A DNA stretch of 45,308 bases, filler included, from Sphacelaria rigidula (taxonomy: Eukaryota), in NCBI GenBank assembly GCA_964200075.2. It is 2 parts of 2 records of this genome, joined end to end, with 100 filler letters (N's around TTAATTAATTAA, not from the genome) between each part and the next. Parts side by side here need not be neighbours in the genome. Positions count along the whole stretch, not along the records: positions 22,707 to 45,308 come from CAXNAA020000326.1; 1 more part is not named here. The stretch is one strand, 5' to 3'. The notes under the pieces are model-generated. The model was not told where the DNA came from, did no database searches, and saw only the letters and a list, made by a program, of their open reading frames with translations. This document shows positions 34,045 to 45,308 of the stretch, piece after piece. Numbering within the stretch: position 1 is the stretch's first letter; each line of letters starts with the position of its first letter. Position numbers and translations under genes: made by a program.

Positions 34045-35576
34045 CTGCGCGCGCGTAAAGTATGAAAACGGAAACGGGCTGATTATCGAGGAATGAAGCG
34101 AGAACGTAATCAGGATTCATTGAAAACATCTCACACTTCAACCGACGCCGGAGCATACAAATGGGGTTCATTGTTACGGCGAACATGCAGGTATGGCAAA
34201 AAGGATTGTCTCCGACGTCCATTGTCAAGAATCAGCGAGCGTTGGGATGTCATCGGGAAACCCTCCGTGACTTGCACATCAACCGTAGCGGAATCATCAT
34301 GATGAACGGAGATCAGACGGTATCGTAGGGTAGTCGTCGGAGAAACCCACTAGATTCGGGTTTATGGAGTAAAAGCGATTGAGAAGGCATGAGTAAGACC
34401 AGCCGCAGCTTTACCAGGGAGGACTGGGAGGCGCACAAGAAGGGAGAAAGATCTCAGTGAGGGTGGGGTGACCAGGAGCGTCCGACAGCAGACAACAGAG
34501 GGGAGAGGTGGCGTACTCATTCGTTGTTTGCCTCCGTCATTTGACTATTGACCACGCCCCCCTTCCGAGACGTGGCGCCATTTCCATTCCAAATAGAGAC
34601 ACCTCAAACGTTTGGGCGCTCGGTACGATTTTCCCATACGCCACGCGATGAATATTCACTCATTTCATCCCGTTCCTGTTTCGCTGCCTGTGGTCACCAT
34701 CTATCTCCTAGAATAGAGATCGTGTTCTCCCTAACATTTACTATACCAAAAGATTACATGTTACGTTGGCTTTCGTCCCTCATCTCTAAAACGTCCCGTT
34801 CCTTGTACGGTTCACATACTCCCACTACATGAGTTCTACTCTCTGTTGTTGCTTGTCACATTGCCACAGGAGCAATTCTTTGTATCTATTACTTTCTCCA
34901 CCCAGCTTTAGATCCACTCATTTTCTCATTCTGGTAGGCCCAGGCCTCCCGCCCGGAATCGACTTTCCAACGTTGCCGCGTAGAATAGTGCGCCGTGCGA
35001 ATATGTAAGTCCTTATCTCTTTTCAATCCTTCGTATATCTTCAAGTTTTGTCCCCCGTCCACCTCATGTCTGAGCGCTATATTTCCCCTCATTTCTGTCA
35101 TTTCGATAACTTTTCCCTTGCACCCTCAAAACTTTTTCATGGGCAATATCTCGTCTTGGTTTCCTCCTATATCCTTCCATATTTCTCGACTACACTATTC
35201 CGACGTACTCCAGTTTTGCCTTTTAGCTACATTCTTCCACACAGCCCTCTCGACGTTGGACGGTAATCTCTCTTTGGCATGCTTCCAACATGACATTGAC
35301 ATTCCAACGCCCTCAAGACTCAATTTCTTTCTAAATGGGCACTTTCTGCGGTCAAGACTGCATTCATATATTTAATCGTCGCTTGTGAGTAACCATTTTC
35401 CCAGCTACTATAATCTATACTGCTCCCAGCTGCTTCACGAACTTCGCGTCCCCGCATACTTCTCCTGCATAGTCTAGCTTTGGTGCAATCACATTCATCA
35501 GGGTACATGTCTTAACCCTAGTGTCGAGGTGCGGGTCTGCTGGGATCACGTCTATCTTGCCTAAATGTGATACACC

Positions 35577-36211
35577 TGTTGCCGAAGGATCTCCAGAGCG
35601 AGGCGGAATTTTCTCTCTTACCAAGTAGGCAAGGATTTGGCCGTGACCGGTGGTGGGCGAGAAGAAGTAGTGAACGAGCATGTACGGCAGTACCGGCTAC
35701 GTTCAACCAGGGTTCATGCGATGACCCCGTTGTTCGAGCTCTTTCAACCGGAGACCATGTTGCCCAGGTTGCCAAATATCCAGTTTCACAGGTTTGAACG
35801 TTTCGGGTTCGCTCATGTATGTCATTGGCGGACCCCGTTCCTGAGACCATTTCTCCAGCTCACGTGTGTATTCTGGTGTTCATTACTCTCATACATGTAG
35901 AACAAGGTTTTCGTGAGATTGAGTTGGGTGCGGATTGAGAGTGACTTTGATCATTCGCTTTAACTTGGCCAATTTTTCATTCCGTGTGTGCTTTTCTTCG
36001 TCTCATCACTGTCATGTGCTTACAGCTACACGTTGATATCTTGCTCAGGGGTATCCAGGGCCTCAGTGGCAAGCTACTACAGAGTGAGTATTGGGTCTGG
36101 TGGAGGTGCATTTCGGAGCTGAAACGGCTTAGTCACTATTTGACCGCTTTTCACTCTCAATTGTACCTTCAACTCTCAATTTTAGGAAAACGTTGTTGTA
36201 TGTTCTCCACA
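35577..36211. mobile_element. Solo-LTR-like repeat, copy 1 (about 334 bp net), carrying a MITE insertion
   Basis: TGttgccgaaggatctccagagcgag...ctccaCA; colinear with 42893-43231; splits the LINE peptide between IGKG and VSHLG. Confidence 0.65.
35901..36197 (+). mobile_element. MITE family M, copy C
   Basis: aacaaggttttcgtgagattgag...ctctcaattttaggaaaacgttgtt, colinear with 20886-21186; flanks gtag/gtat; empty site present in the paralogue at about 43215-43225. Confidence 0.85.
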
Positions 36212-36799
36212 TGCCCTTTCCTATTACTTCATCTATGTGCGCATGCCAATAGCAATACTTCTGAAATCTCTCCGTCAGGAAACGTACACTGCTGAAGGGG
36301 GGCACCATGGACAGAATCCGGCAAGTGGTCAAGATTTCGATGATGTTTAGGGTGGAGATGTTGATGGAATGGGGGAAAGACAAGCATGAAACAGGAGTTC
36401 ATGCGCACTGCTACAAGCGTTTAGGCAAGCAGGCTCTAGAGGAAGGGAGTAGGCCATGGTCGTAACTAACAAACTGCACGCGGCGTGGGAGCACTGATGG
36501 TGGAGGCGAAGTGCACAAGCATGTCAAACTAAAAGCGCAAGATGGTTTACATCAGGTCTCGATTTCCCACTCACTGGGGCGGGGGGCGAAGACGGTTTCG
36601 ATGGCATGCGAGAGTATCTGGGAAAACTACCGGTGGTAACACTATCTATGATTGGATAAATGGATTCAACCGTTACGTTTGTACAGCAGCAGGTACTGTG
36701 GCTCTTTAGTGAATGGATCTTGGAACGTCCTGTGCACTAGTGCAGAGCAAGGGCTATTGTAGGGTTTATATGTACAGTAGTCGCGCATCCTAATTTCAC

Positions 36800-37072
36800 T
36801 TTTTAGCTGTACTGCGCTGCTTGCCCTGTATACTCAAAATCATACTGCGTGTACTGTACTGTGTACTCAATTTCTCGCGTGTACTGTACTGCACGGCGCT
36901 GCTCGTACCGTATGTCCGATCACACTGCGTGTACGGTATACTGAGCTGCTTGTACTGTGTACTCAATTACACCGCGTGTGCGGCCCTGTGCTGGGCCGTA
37001 TAGTCTGTACTGCTGTGCACTCTACTGTTTGGCATGCCCGGTGTACTCTTCTGCTGGGTGTGCTGTACTGTT
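36800..37072. repeat. Degenerate GTACT-rich low-complexity repeat
   Basis: Recurrent gtactgtactgtgtactcaatt-like units. Confidence 0.6.
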
Positions 37073-37149
37073 TTGACAGAGATGTTTCGTGCTGATGTCT
37101 GTAAGGGGCTTTCTACACTCTAGAACGATATATTTTTGATGTCAGCACC

Positions 37150-38222
37150 CTGTCGTATGTTGGATTTGACGTCAACACGTCGGAGATATGGCATGTTATA
37201 TCTCAACCCCTCAACCAGGATTGGAGGAACGCCAACTCACGAAGTGTCCCTTAACTTCACGGGTGCTTTATTTCATGTTTTGTTTTTGCTGGGTGGTGAT
37301 TGCGTGGACCTTGCGGTTCATTCGAGCTATCGTTTGTCGAATTCGACGCCAACACGCCGTAGATATACCATTTTATATCTGGACCCCTTGGCCGGTCGCC
37401 CCGGTGGCTCAGTTGGTAACCTCGACACCCTCTTACGGTTGGGTCGTGGGTTCGAATCTAGGTGCAGTCACACGATCTGGGATTTTTTCTCACATAATGC
37501 CCAAAAGTGGAGAACGACTATGTCATGAGTAAACAAAATTCGACTTCACGGTCGACGAGGAAAGGGGAGTGCTGAACCCCTGTCGAGAAGAAAAATACGA
37601 CAAGAACCGCAGAAGGAAGGTGGAGAACTAAAACAATAGAAAAAAAACTCCTGTGTTGCCCTTCCTCCTGTGTGACCCCGGCTGATGCGCTCACACAAAC
37701 CGAAAGATGTAGACTGGCGTCCAGAATAGATGGGATGACAACACACACACACGCCCCTGAACCAGGGTTGGAGGGACACCATCAGGAAACATTCACGAAA
37801 CGTCCCTGAACGTCTTGTGTACATCTGTCTCTTTGATTTTTGTTGCTTGACGGTCATCACGTGGACCTTGCGGTTCATCCGAGCGATATCGTTTGTCGAA
37901 TTTGACGTCAACATGTCGGGGATATGGCATGCCATATCTCAATCCCTGAACCGGATTAGGAGAGACACCAACAGGAAACATTCGGAAAGTGGGCACTAAC
38001 GTCTTGTGCACATTTGTCTCTCTGATTTTTGTTGCTAGACGGTCATCACGTGGACCTTGCGGTTCATCCGAGCTATCGTTTGTCGAATTTGACGTCAAAA
38101 CGCCGGAGATATGGCATGCCATAGCCTCAAATTCTTGTGTGCATCTTTTTTTGTTTCGTTATTGCTGGTCCCTGACTGCGTGTACCTTGCGATTCATCCG
38201 AGCTATCGTTTGTTGAAATCGA
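37150..38222. repeat. About 189-bp tandem satellite, about 4 degenerate units, interrupted by a SINE
   Basis: ggaccttgcggttcat(c/t)cgagc...tcgtttgtcgaatt(t/c)gacg at about 37306, 37863 and 38052 with a variant at about 38183; gatatggcatg recurs. Confidence 0.85.
37391..37752 (+). mobile_element. Full-length tRNA-derived SINE with (CA)n tail
   Basis: Pol III A box tggctcagttgg (37405-37416) and B box ggttcgaatc (37449-37458); non-tRNA body shared with 2740-2945; acacacacacac tail; short cccct duplication at the flanks. Confidence 0.85.
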
Positions 38223-38259
38223 CCCATGACACATAAACGCTTGAGTTACGTCCCTTCAT

Positions 38260-38628
38260 GTATCCACTCCTACTAACAATCTTCCTCCAGAATAGCCCTC
38301 TTCGTTACTTTGTTCCATACAGCTTCATCAGCCACGGCTGGCAACCTCTTTCGTGGCATCCTCCTTGCGCTATTGACACTTCAATTTTCTCTTGTCGCTA
38401 TTTGTTTCAAGTGGTTACAATCCCAATTCTGCTCTCAAGACTGCATTACTCGTCGTTTTTGGCCATCCAAGTATTTTCTCATCTGCCACCACCTGTATTG
38501 TTTCCAGCTGCTTCACCAACTCTGCGTTACCTTTCCATACTTCTCCTGCATGTTATAGCCTAGCCTCAGTACAATCACATTCATCAGAATATATCTCTTG
38601 ATCCTAGTATCGAGGTGCGAGTCTCCAT
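38260..38628 (-). mobile_element. Internal fragment of LINE family A
   Basis: DSHLDTRIKRYILMNVIVLRL / AGEVWKGNAELVKQLETIQ...TTSNAVLRAELGL, paralogous to 35420-35540. Confidence 0.75.
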
Positions 38629-38699
38629 GATGGACATGAGCATTAAGTTGAACCAACATCAATCCAAGCGCCGGGGTCCGTTTTGGGGCGTTCGGTAGC

Positions 38700-40260
38700 T
38701 GTAATGCCGTATCAGTAACTATCGACCGAGCCGTCATCGAGAACATTGCGCAACGACCGACCGTGCTGTCACAGGGAGACCCGCCAAGTCCGAGTGAAAC
38801 TGAGGAGGCTCTGAGAGCTATGGTGAACGGCAAAGCCACGGGTCCGGCTCCGCATGGTCCAACTGCTGAAGTCCCCAAGCTTGGACTGAGCGGCGAGCCT
38901 TCCGAGATCCTGCACCACTTCGACAGCAACATCGCTGCGGTTTGGACGTCTACTGAGGTGCCGAACGAGTAGAAACATGTCACTCTCAAACTAATGCTCA
39001 AGACGGAGGTGAGGGCCGAATGTCGTAACTGCCGAGGCATCTCACTCGTGACACATATAGGCGAACGTTCGCTTCAAAATCGAAGCCAACAGGCTCAGTA
39101 ATTTCTGCAAGGAGGAAAGGATCTTCCCCAAAGAGCAGTGCGAATTCCGGCGCCAACGATTGACCACGGACAACATGTTCCTGGCCTACGCCGACTTCAG
39201 GAGTTGGGACGTCCCACGAAACATGCGTTTCATCGACCTGCGCAGACGGGGTACGGCTCCGTGGATCGCACGCCCCTGTGGGAAGTACTTGCCCGGTTCG
39301 GAGTTCCGCCTCGAATGCTTGCGGCCATCCGTACATTTTGCGACGGCATGCGAACTGTCAAAATGGTTCAACGTCTGCCAGGGCCTCAGAGAAGGTAGCG
39401 CTTCGTCTCCGCTGGCTTTGAACAGCTTCGGCGTAGCCTTGGTCGACTTGATCGTGCAGCGGTATGCGGCGAACCCAGCCATCTTCTCAGACTTGGTACT
39501 TCTAGATGATGCACCAAAAGGTGACCGAGGTGAGCTTCTGGAAGAGACCGCTGGAGAAGGTACGACGCGCGGTGTGGGCAACGCTTTAGGCAGACAACGC
39601 CGGCATAGCCTCGGGGTCCCCAGACGGGCTTGCTGAAATGGTGGCCGTGGTAGTGGTGGCCTGTCAGGAGTTCAATCTGACGGTATCGGAGAGTAAGACA
39701 GAGTCCATGCGCCTGCGGTCAGTACCCGGCTCCGCATAGTCCACCTTGCACACCAGCGCGCCGGGCAACGGTATAAGCAGACGGTCGAGTTTGTTCACCT
39801 CGGTGGGGCTGTCGGCGGGGATGCGAAAATGTCCATCAAAATTCTGCCGCCGGATCAGTGCTGCGTGGGCACGCGTCTGAACGTTCCCAACTCTAGGATC
39901 GACCCAACGCCCAGCTATCTTGAAACGTCCGGCTGCTAAAAGCGGAGGTGGCAGAAGCTCTGTTACACGGACGTGCTACATGGACGCTGCGTTCCGAGGA
40001 CTTTTGCCAGTCTGCGCATTGCCCGCCACAACTTCTTTCTGCCGGTGGTTGGATGCCTCAGGAAAGATCGAAATGACTACAAGATTTTTTCATACACAGC
40101 TGTGCTCGGAATGACCAACTGCGAACGTACGGAGACGACCATCTGCAAGCGTGACCTCTGGTTCGCGGGGCCCCTTGCCTGGTGGGACGAAAGACGTCTT
40201 CCAAAACGCGTCATGCACGGACGTTTGCCGCACAAGGGTCCACGGCGGCTAGCCGGGGGT
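38700..40260 (+). pseudogene. Non-LTR (RTE-like) reverse transcriptase pseudogene
   Basis: Frame-hopping RT motifs: EEALRAMVNGKATGP, CRNCRGISLV, PKEQCEFR, FIDL..YGSVDR..LWEVLARFGVP, QGLREGSASSPL, L*ADN at 39587 (YADD), FNLTVSESKTE, FVHLGG, RLPKRVMHG. Confidence 0.9.
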
Positions 40261-41530
40261 ACAGGTTCGGAAGGTCGAGACACGTGAAGAAGCCATGCCT
40301 TTTCGAGAGGTGATCGCAACAACACTCCGGACAAACCTGTATACGCGCTATATTCGGGCATAGGATCAGAGGCACGGCCCGAGTGGCAGTGCCGCGTCTA
40401 TCCACTTGCTGGCCCCTCAGTTAGAGTGTACATGGAAGAGTGATGCATTTACGGTGTAGGTGTACAATATGTGCGTAAAACTCAGGGAGACACCCACACA
40501 ACAAGGCACCAATAGCATTGGTCACGCACGTGGCAGAAAAGGGAGCACACCCAGGACAACGATTGACACCAACGGTCGATGAGATGGATCGAAAAAATGG
40601 GGGGACGGGAGAGCGGGGACGTTTGTATATACACGGTTGGGGGATGTACTGGATGGAGATGAGGGGAGGAATAGTATAATAGGACAGTGCCGAGGGGGGG
40701 GAGTGTGGCCAATGCAAGAGGAAAAGGCGAACATGCGTGGGGCGAAAATTAAAATACCACATTTCTCAACTAAGCAATACGTCAGGGAAAGGTGTATCGG
40801 TCTGGGTTCACGGAGTGACAGAATCGCTCGGGATAGGCGGGTACGCAAGCCGCCGAGACGAACATGACAACCATGATTAGCTACACGATGGGGAATCGGA
40901 GCAGGTGAGGTACACAACACCCTCCTCTCCCATCCATGCTGTGACGGTCTTCGAGGGGAGGAGGGCTCTAGTAATGCAGGATATTGCCATCGTTGAGAGG
41001 GAGAGTGCGTGGAATACAAAACAAAAGAGGACCACGCGCGGGGGCGCGTGAAAACCAACAGTACTGGATTCACCAATGGAGCAATCGTGGGTTGGGGAGC
41101 GTATCACCGGGAGCGATAACAAACTTAATATCGATTTCATCTCCTGTAAACAAGGCCTCGCACTACCCTTGGCAATCCACGTTAGTATCTCGAGATGTTT
41201 CCGACAAAACGACTATCGGCGGCGTGGCCATATAACTCTTGTTCAAAATTCGACGTCGACGTTTTTCATGACGCGAAGCCACAAATCTCGCAAATACGTA
41301 CCACGCTTGAGGTTAAACTATGGATGCAAATCGCCGACGCGCCAATTTGCGAATATCTGCTCCACAGCACATTAACGAACCTCGCGTACTTACCCACGAT
41401 TGTCGACACCGCCTAAATCATATGAGATCGGTTCCGGGTACTATCCCATAGACTATGTGAAAAATGGTACCATTTCAGCACGACCGTACACGTTGCCTGG
41501 AAAACCAACGGACGAACGCCCAATGCTCAC

Positions 41531-41635
41531 CAGCCCGTCAATTCCTTTGAGGTTCCCAGCCTTCGGCACCACTGCTAACTCGGTGAAGCCCAACGTGCGC
41601 CACAATCGAAGAGAAGCCTCGTTTGTCCGAAACAC
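41531..41635 (-). CDS. GNAT acetyltransferase exon (VFRTNEASLRLWRTLGFTELAVVPKAGNLKGIDGL)
   Basis: ctgagcag| acceptor, |gtgagc donor, 35 codons, GNAT motif B N-x-A-S-x-x-L-W-x-x-L-G-F. Confidence 0.9.
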
Positions 41636-42488
41636 CTGCTCAGCATTGTGTCAAATCGATAAAAAAGCGGTAGAAGATATACCCAACTTGAAAGGGGGCG
41701 CATATTCTTCATCAGCTACCTGACTGGGAATTTGAAGGAGCAACCTACCGAGCGCTTCAGCAAGCCAGTTGCCTGGTACGACATCGAGCACTGAAATATC
41801 TACACTGTTGCTGCAGCCTTCGGGACTCGTTGCGTACTTTAACGAAAACTAGCGCGTCGCAACGGGCTCCGAATCTAAGCGACATTCCGGATGCACCCAC
41901 GCTACTGCCTTGACGTCAAGTAACCGGGAAAAAGTACGCGCACGCTGAAAAATTCAAAATGAGATCTCAACTGCCTCGTTCAGTATGTATTCCCCTCTGG
42001 GGTTAGTGCTCGCGCACACTAAAACACACCACATGAAGGGCAGGTACACAACGCCTGTGACCTTGTCTCCACCTCAACCCCCTCGCAACCCAGGCGGGCG
42101 CTCGTTGAGAGCTCGAGAAGCGGGGGGGCTGAAGTCGACCTTGGCTTGTTGTGTACTCAAGTTGCTGAGCAGGTTTTCAAAGACGCAAACTTGGGCGAGG
42201 CAACATCACGCGTTTCGAGAACCGTAACGGAGGCTAAAATCACTCCTCTGCTACAGCGCGCATGCCTTGCAGCTTTTTACGGGCGTGGTTGCTCATGTTC
42301 GAGCTGAGCACGGCCACCTTGCAAATCGTGAGGTTATTTCACTATGCTATGACGGTCCGACCCACACGCATGCCCCAGCAACGCACGTAACACAGATTTG
42401 CACATCACCAATGCACACAGCTCAGATGCAATAACGCTCGTGGGGCCTACAATACACTTTTACCAACACAAATGGACTAGATGTTCAC

Positions 42489-42709
42489 CAAATTGAAGTA
42501 GCTAGCCTTGTACCCGAGGTCCTTCGCTAGCCTCAAAAATGCGTAACCCATGAGCTTTCCCACTCCTCGTCTTCGACGCTGCGGATCCGTGATGAACCCG
42601 CCGTTACAAAAGTGTGAGCATCGCCCGGGAAAATTGGTCTTGATATGAAACGTCCCCCACACCTCCGACGTCCAAGTGTTACTCGACTCTTTTGCACCAT
42701 CGCTGCCGC
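42489..42709 (-). CDS. GNAT acetyltransferase exon (...WGTFHIKTNFPGRCSHFCNGGFITDPQRRRRGVGKLMGYAFLRLAKDLGYKASYFNL)
   Basis: Mpr1/SPT10-family signature F-x-I-K-x-N-F-P-G-R-C-S-H-x-C-N-G-G-F and acetyl-CoA motif A RxxGxG; caccag| acceptor (phase 1), |gtgaac donor (phase 0). Confidence 0.9.
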
Positions 42710-42892
42710 CTGGTGCTTCCCGCATGAAACGGTTGGCAAAAAGCGACCGAAAGACGGGGAATGCATGAGCGCAACAGATGCTGAAATCCTCCTCTTTTCG
42801 GTGGTATTTGTGGAGCGTGTTCATCTGAACTAGGCTTCGCTAGGGGTGAGGCAGTAGAGTTACGGGTCCCGAAGAAGAACATTGTCGTACCC

Positions 42893-43231
42893 TGCTGCCG
42901 AAGGATCTCCAGAGCGAGACGTAATTCTCTCTCTTGTCATTTAGGCAAGGATTCGGCCGTGACCGATGGTAGGCAAGGAGAACAAGAAGTGAACGAGGTG
43001 GTAAGGTAGTGCCGGCTACGTTCTACCGGGGTTCATGCGATGCCCCCCTTGTTCCGGGCTCTTGTACCGGGGACCCCTGTTTGCCTAGGTTGCCCAAGAT
43101 CCAGCTTCACAGGTTGGAACGTTTCGGGTCCGCTTATGTCTGTCACTGGCGGACCCCGTTCCTGAGACTGTTTCTCCGGCTTACATGTGTATTTGGATGT
43201 TCATTACGCTCATACATATGTGGTCTCCACA
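42893..43231. mobile_element. Solo-LTR-like repeat, copy 2 (intronic)
   Basis: TGctgccgaaggatctccagagcgag...ctccaCA, colinear with 35577-36211 minus the MITE; no TSD seen. Confidence 0.6.
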
Positions 43232-43339
43232 TTCAGGAGCGATGCAAGGTAACTAACTCTACATCCATGTTCAAAAATCTCGTCGGCGTCGGCTTCAACT
43301 GTGTTGGCCTTGTTGGCCTACCCCTTCCTTGATATCCAC

Positions 43340-43445
43340 CTTTTTGCTCCGGAAAGGCGCGTACGACGAATGCTGCCGCGTTGCCCATGAAGTACGACTT
43401 GAACCCTGCCAAGTCGAGCTGGTCTTCAAAGGGCCAGCTCAGTCC
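43340..43445 (-). CDS. GNAT acetyltransferase exon (GLSWPFEDQLDLAGFKSYFMGNAAAFVVRAFPEQK-G)
   Basis: taaag| acceptor phase 0; AAAG|gtggat donor phase 1 (alternative in-phase donor at 43321); joins as NDVIEE-GLSWPF. Confidence 0.8.
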
Positions 43446-44104
43446 CTTTACTCCCCATGACAAACGACGACATATGCATAGGTGGTAGGGCATGTGCACG
43501 TTGGTTTGACCATTGACTGAGAAAGACGCTTTGGCAGCTGGGTCTTGTATATTGCGTGAACCCTTCGTACGCCAACCTCTGCTCAGGTGGAGGATAAATG
43601 GGCCACTCTGTACCACAAAAGATCGGAATACCCTTAGCTACAGCACCTGCCTCGAGGCATCGGGGATATGTATAGGATGGGATACAGAACGGGGTATAGG
43701 AGAATCCCTCCGCTGTTTCAACTGCGACCAGTTCGTTGTTGTGTCAGTGTTTGCTGCCATGATTGGCTTGTTGGAGACTTGGCGCATCGTGTGCATATAC
43801 CCCTGAACGCTGCAACATCCGTGTTGTGGGCAGTGCTCTCGCTGTGCGGAGCTGCCGCGCCGTCGTCACTTGGGTTGCCTCTGCGCTTGAGTACGGTCGC
43901 AGCATGAACGTGTATATATATATTTCGTAAAGCACGGGCAGGCTAGCTGGTGTGGTAAATATCCGTACTGCCGCCTCCATACATAATGCAGAGCAGAACT
44001 AGCGTCCCGTTGCCACCCCTACTCTGCCCTGCAGCGGATGTAGGCATTGCGACTATTTGGGACAAACTTGTTGCGAACTCCGTCGCACTGTATGGCTTGC
44101 TCAC

Positions 44105-44150
44105 CTCTTCTATTACATCGTTGAGGAGTTGGCGCCCCGCCTCCAGCTCG
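44105..44150 (-). CDS. GNAT acetyltransferase exon (ELEAGRQLLNDVIEE)
   Basis: tttgtag| acceptor, GAG|gtgagc donor; in phase with the next exon. Confidence 0.8.
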
Positions 44151-44930
44151 CTACAAACATAGCACCATAGCACCATAGCACCATAGCAGCGAACGCGGAC
44201 CGAAAAAAACAAGACAAAAAAATACAAAAATGAAACGACTCAACGAGGAGGCGCGGCGGATCGAATGTCCAGCAACGAAGGACAAGACTGACCGGTTGGA
44301 GCCGCTGCTTAGTTGCGCAAGGACAATTGCGAGCAGCTCCGACTCGACAGCACGCAAATGCTGCGCAACAGAAGCAGAGCGGAACGTTCGTCGCTACGTT
44401 GGTTAACATGTCATTTTTTCTAACGGCCATGTTCTGCGGCAGACAGCGAAAAATCCTGATGATGTTTTTTCCCCTCCGCCGTCATTTTGAATGATAGACC
44501 TTTTGTGCGGTTCATATCTCGAATACACCATGTTGCACACATGGAGAGTAACAGGCCGGGAGAATGCTAAACCTATTCCGCAGATTTCGGGAAAATCAAA
44601 TTTGGAACGTTCCATACTTGATCGCTTTGAGGGCTTTATGCCGACAAAAGGAGGGGAGCTTGAAAAAATGACTCGTGTAACCTACATCTCTGTTCACAAC
44701 CGCTAGGAGAGTAAAGAACGCGGCAGCTAGGCAACGTACAAAACAGCCAGCACGATGGGCACAAGCAATAAAAACGCAAGACACGTGCTGTGTTTGTGCG
44801 TCGTCACAAGAAGTGGACAACAGGAATAACTCAACAGGTCTCTTTCGATCACGGCGGATAGCCGTTCTGTGTGCTGTGGATAACCGATACTTCAAATACG
44901 GGTGTATATCGTGTAGTGAGACGTGTTCAC

Positions 44931-44969
44931 CAGGACGAATGTGACATCGGTTGCACCTCGACCAGTGCC
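44931..44969 (-). CDS. Tentative upstream exon of the GNAT gene (ALVEVQPMSHSS-C); may extend to about 45109
   Basis: TG|gtgaac donor in phase 2, matching the phase-2 start of exon 44150; ctgagcag| acceptor identical to the one at 41636. Confidence 0.45.
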
Positions 44970-45246
44970 CTGCTCAGCCCTATTAGTTTCAGCTTGACAT
45001 GTGGCCAGCAGGAACGATCATCAACGGAAAGCACCGTTTGGATCAAGACCAAATCTGGGATGCGCAAGACGACGGGCACACTCGCGCCAGAATCACCGTA
45101 CATGCGAACTGCATTGCGATGAGGTTCCCAGCCGACAATTTTGGCTTTTGGAAAGCAACACCCTGCACCAGGCAGTTGCGAATGATCTCGGTTATTAAAA
45201 TCGAGACAAGTCAAATGACAAAACGTTCGGCGTCGTGGCGCCAACC

Positions 45247-45308
45247 GGGGGGGGGTGTACTCATGATCATGCTTGCCATAGTCATCAGACCATTGACCTC
45301 GCATCCCT
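45247..45308 (-). mobile_element. 3' end of LINE family A (runs off the window)
   Basis: Reverse complement reads GCEVNGLMTMAS... then tgagtaca followed by a C run. Confidence 0.7.

Larger units (their letters stand above)
34501..36300 (-). mobile_element. 5'-truncated LINE family A (ORF2 C-terminal part), degraded, interrupted at 35577-36211
   Basis: Minus-strand remnants WHAHIDEVIGKG / VSHLGKIDVIPADPHLDTRVKTCTLMNVIAPKLDYAGEV / CSCG...ESRTHVVGVC (CCHC-like) / TISILGDRW*PQAAKQE / NGATSRKGGVVNSQMTEANNE*; many stops and frameshifts. Confidence 0.75.

Noticed and set aside
37398-37470. Possible tRNA gene
   Set aside because: No proper acceptor stem; continues into a dispersed repeat body and (CA)n tail, so called a SINE
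41453-41530. GNAT ending by read-through (VSIGRSSVGF...) or a micro-exon near 41393-41413
   Set aside because: Strong GTGAGC donor at 41530 and a better family-like terminal exon at 34044-33970

Overview
Eukaryotic, TE-rich genomic DNA, most likely from a brown alga (Phaeophyceae). This is inferred from the EsV-1-7 repeat gene and the short-exon/long-intron architecture. The window joins two contigs through an artificial N44-TTAATTAATTAA-N44 spacer at 22607-22706. Two protein genes are supported. (1) An intronless + strand EsV-1-7 cysteine-repeat gene (16577-18885) with 15 complete 38-aa C-x4-C-x16-C-x2-H units, one degenerate unit, two +1 G frameshifts and one hypervariable residue per unit. 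(2) A 5'-incomplete, multi-exon - strand Mpr1/SPT10-like GNAT acetyltransferase (33970 to at least 44150) whose last intron is 7.5 kb of nested mobile elements. The rest is mobile and repetitive DNA: a 2.35-kb gag/protease-only LTR element with near-identical LTRs and no PBS/PPT; an RTE-like RT pseudogene; four fragments of a second LINE family whose three visible 3' ends carry a C-rich tail; a tRNA-derived SINE; two solo-LTR-like repeats; a TTAA-flanked piggyBac-like element; a MITE family with 4-bp TSDs; many fold-back hairpins; satellites and microsatellites. Most short ORFs in the track are spurious.
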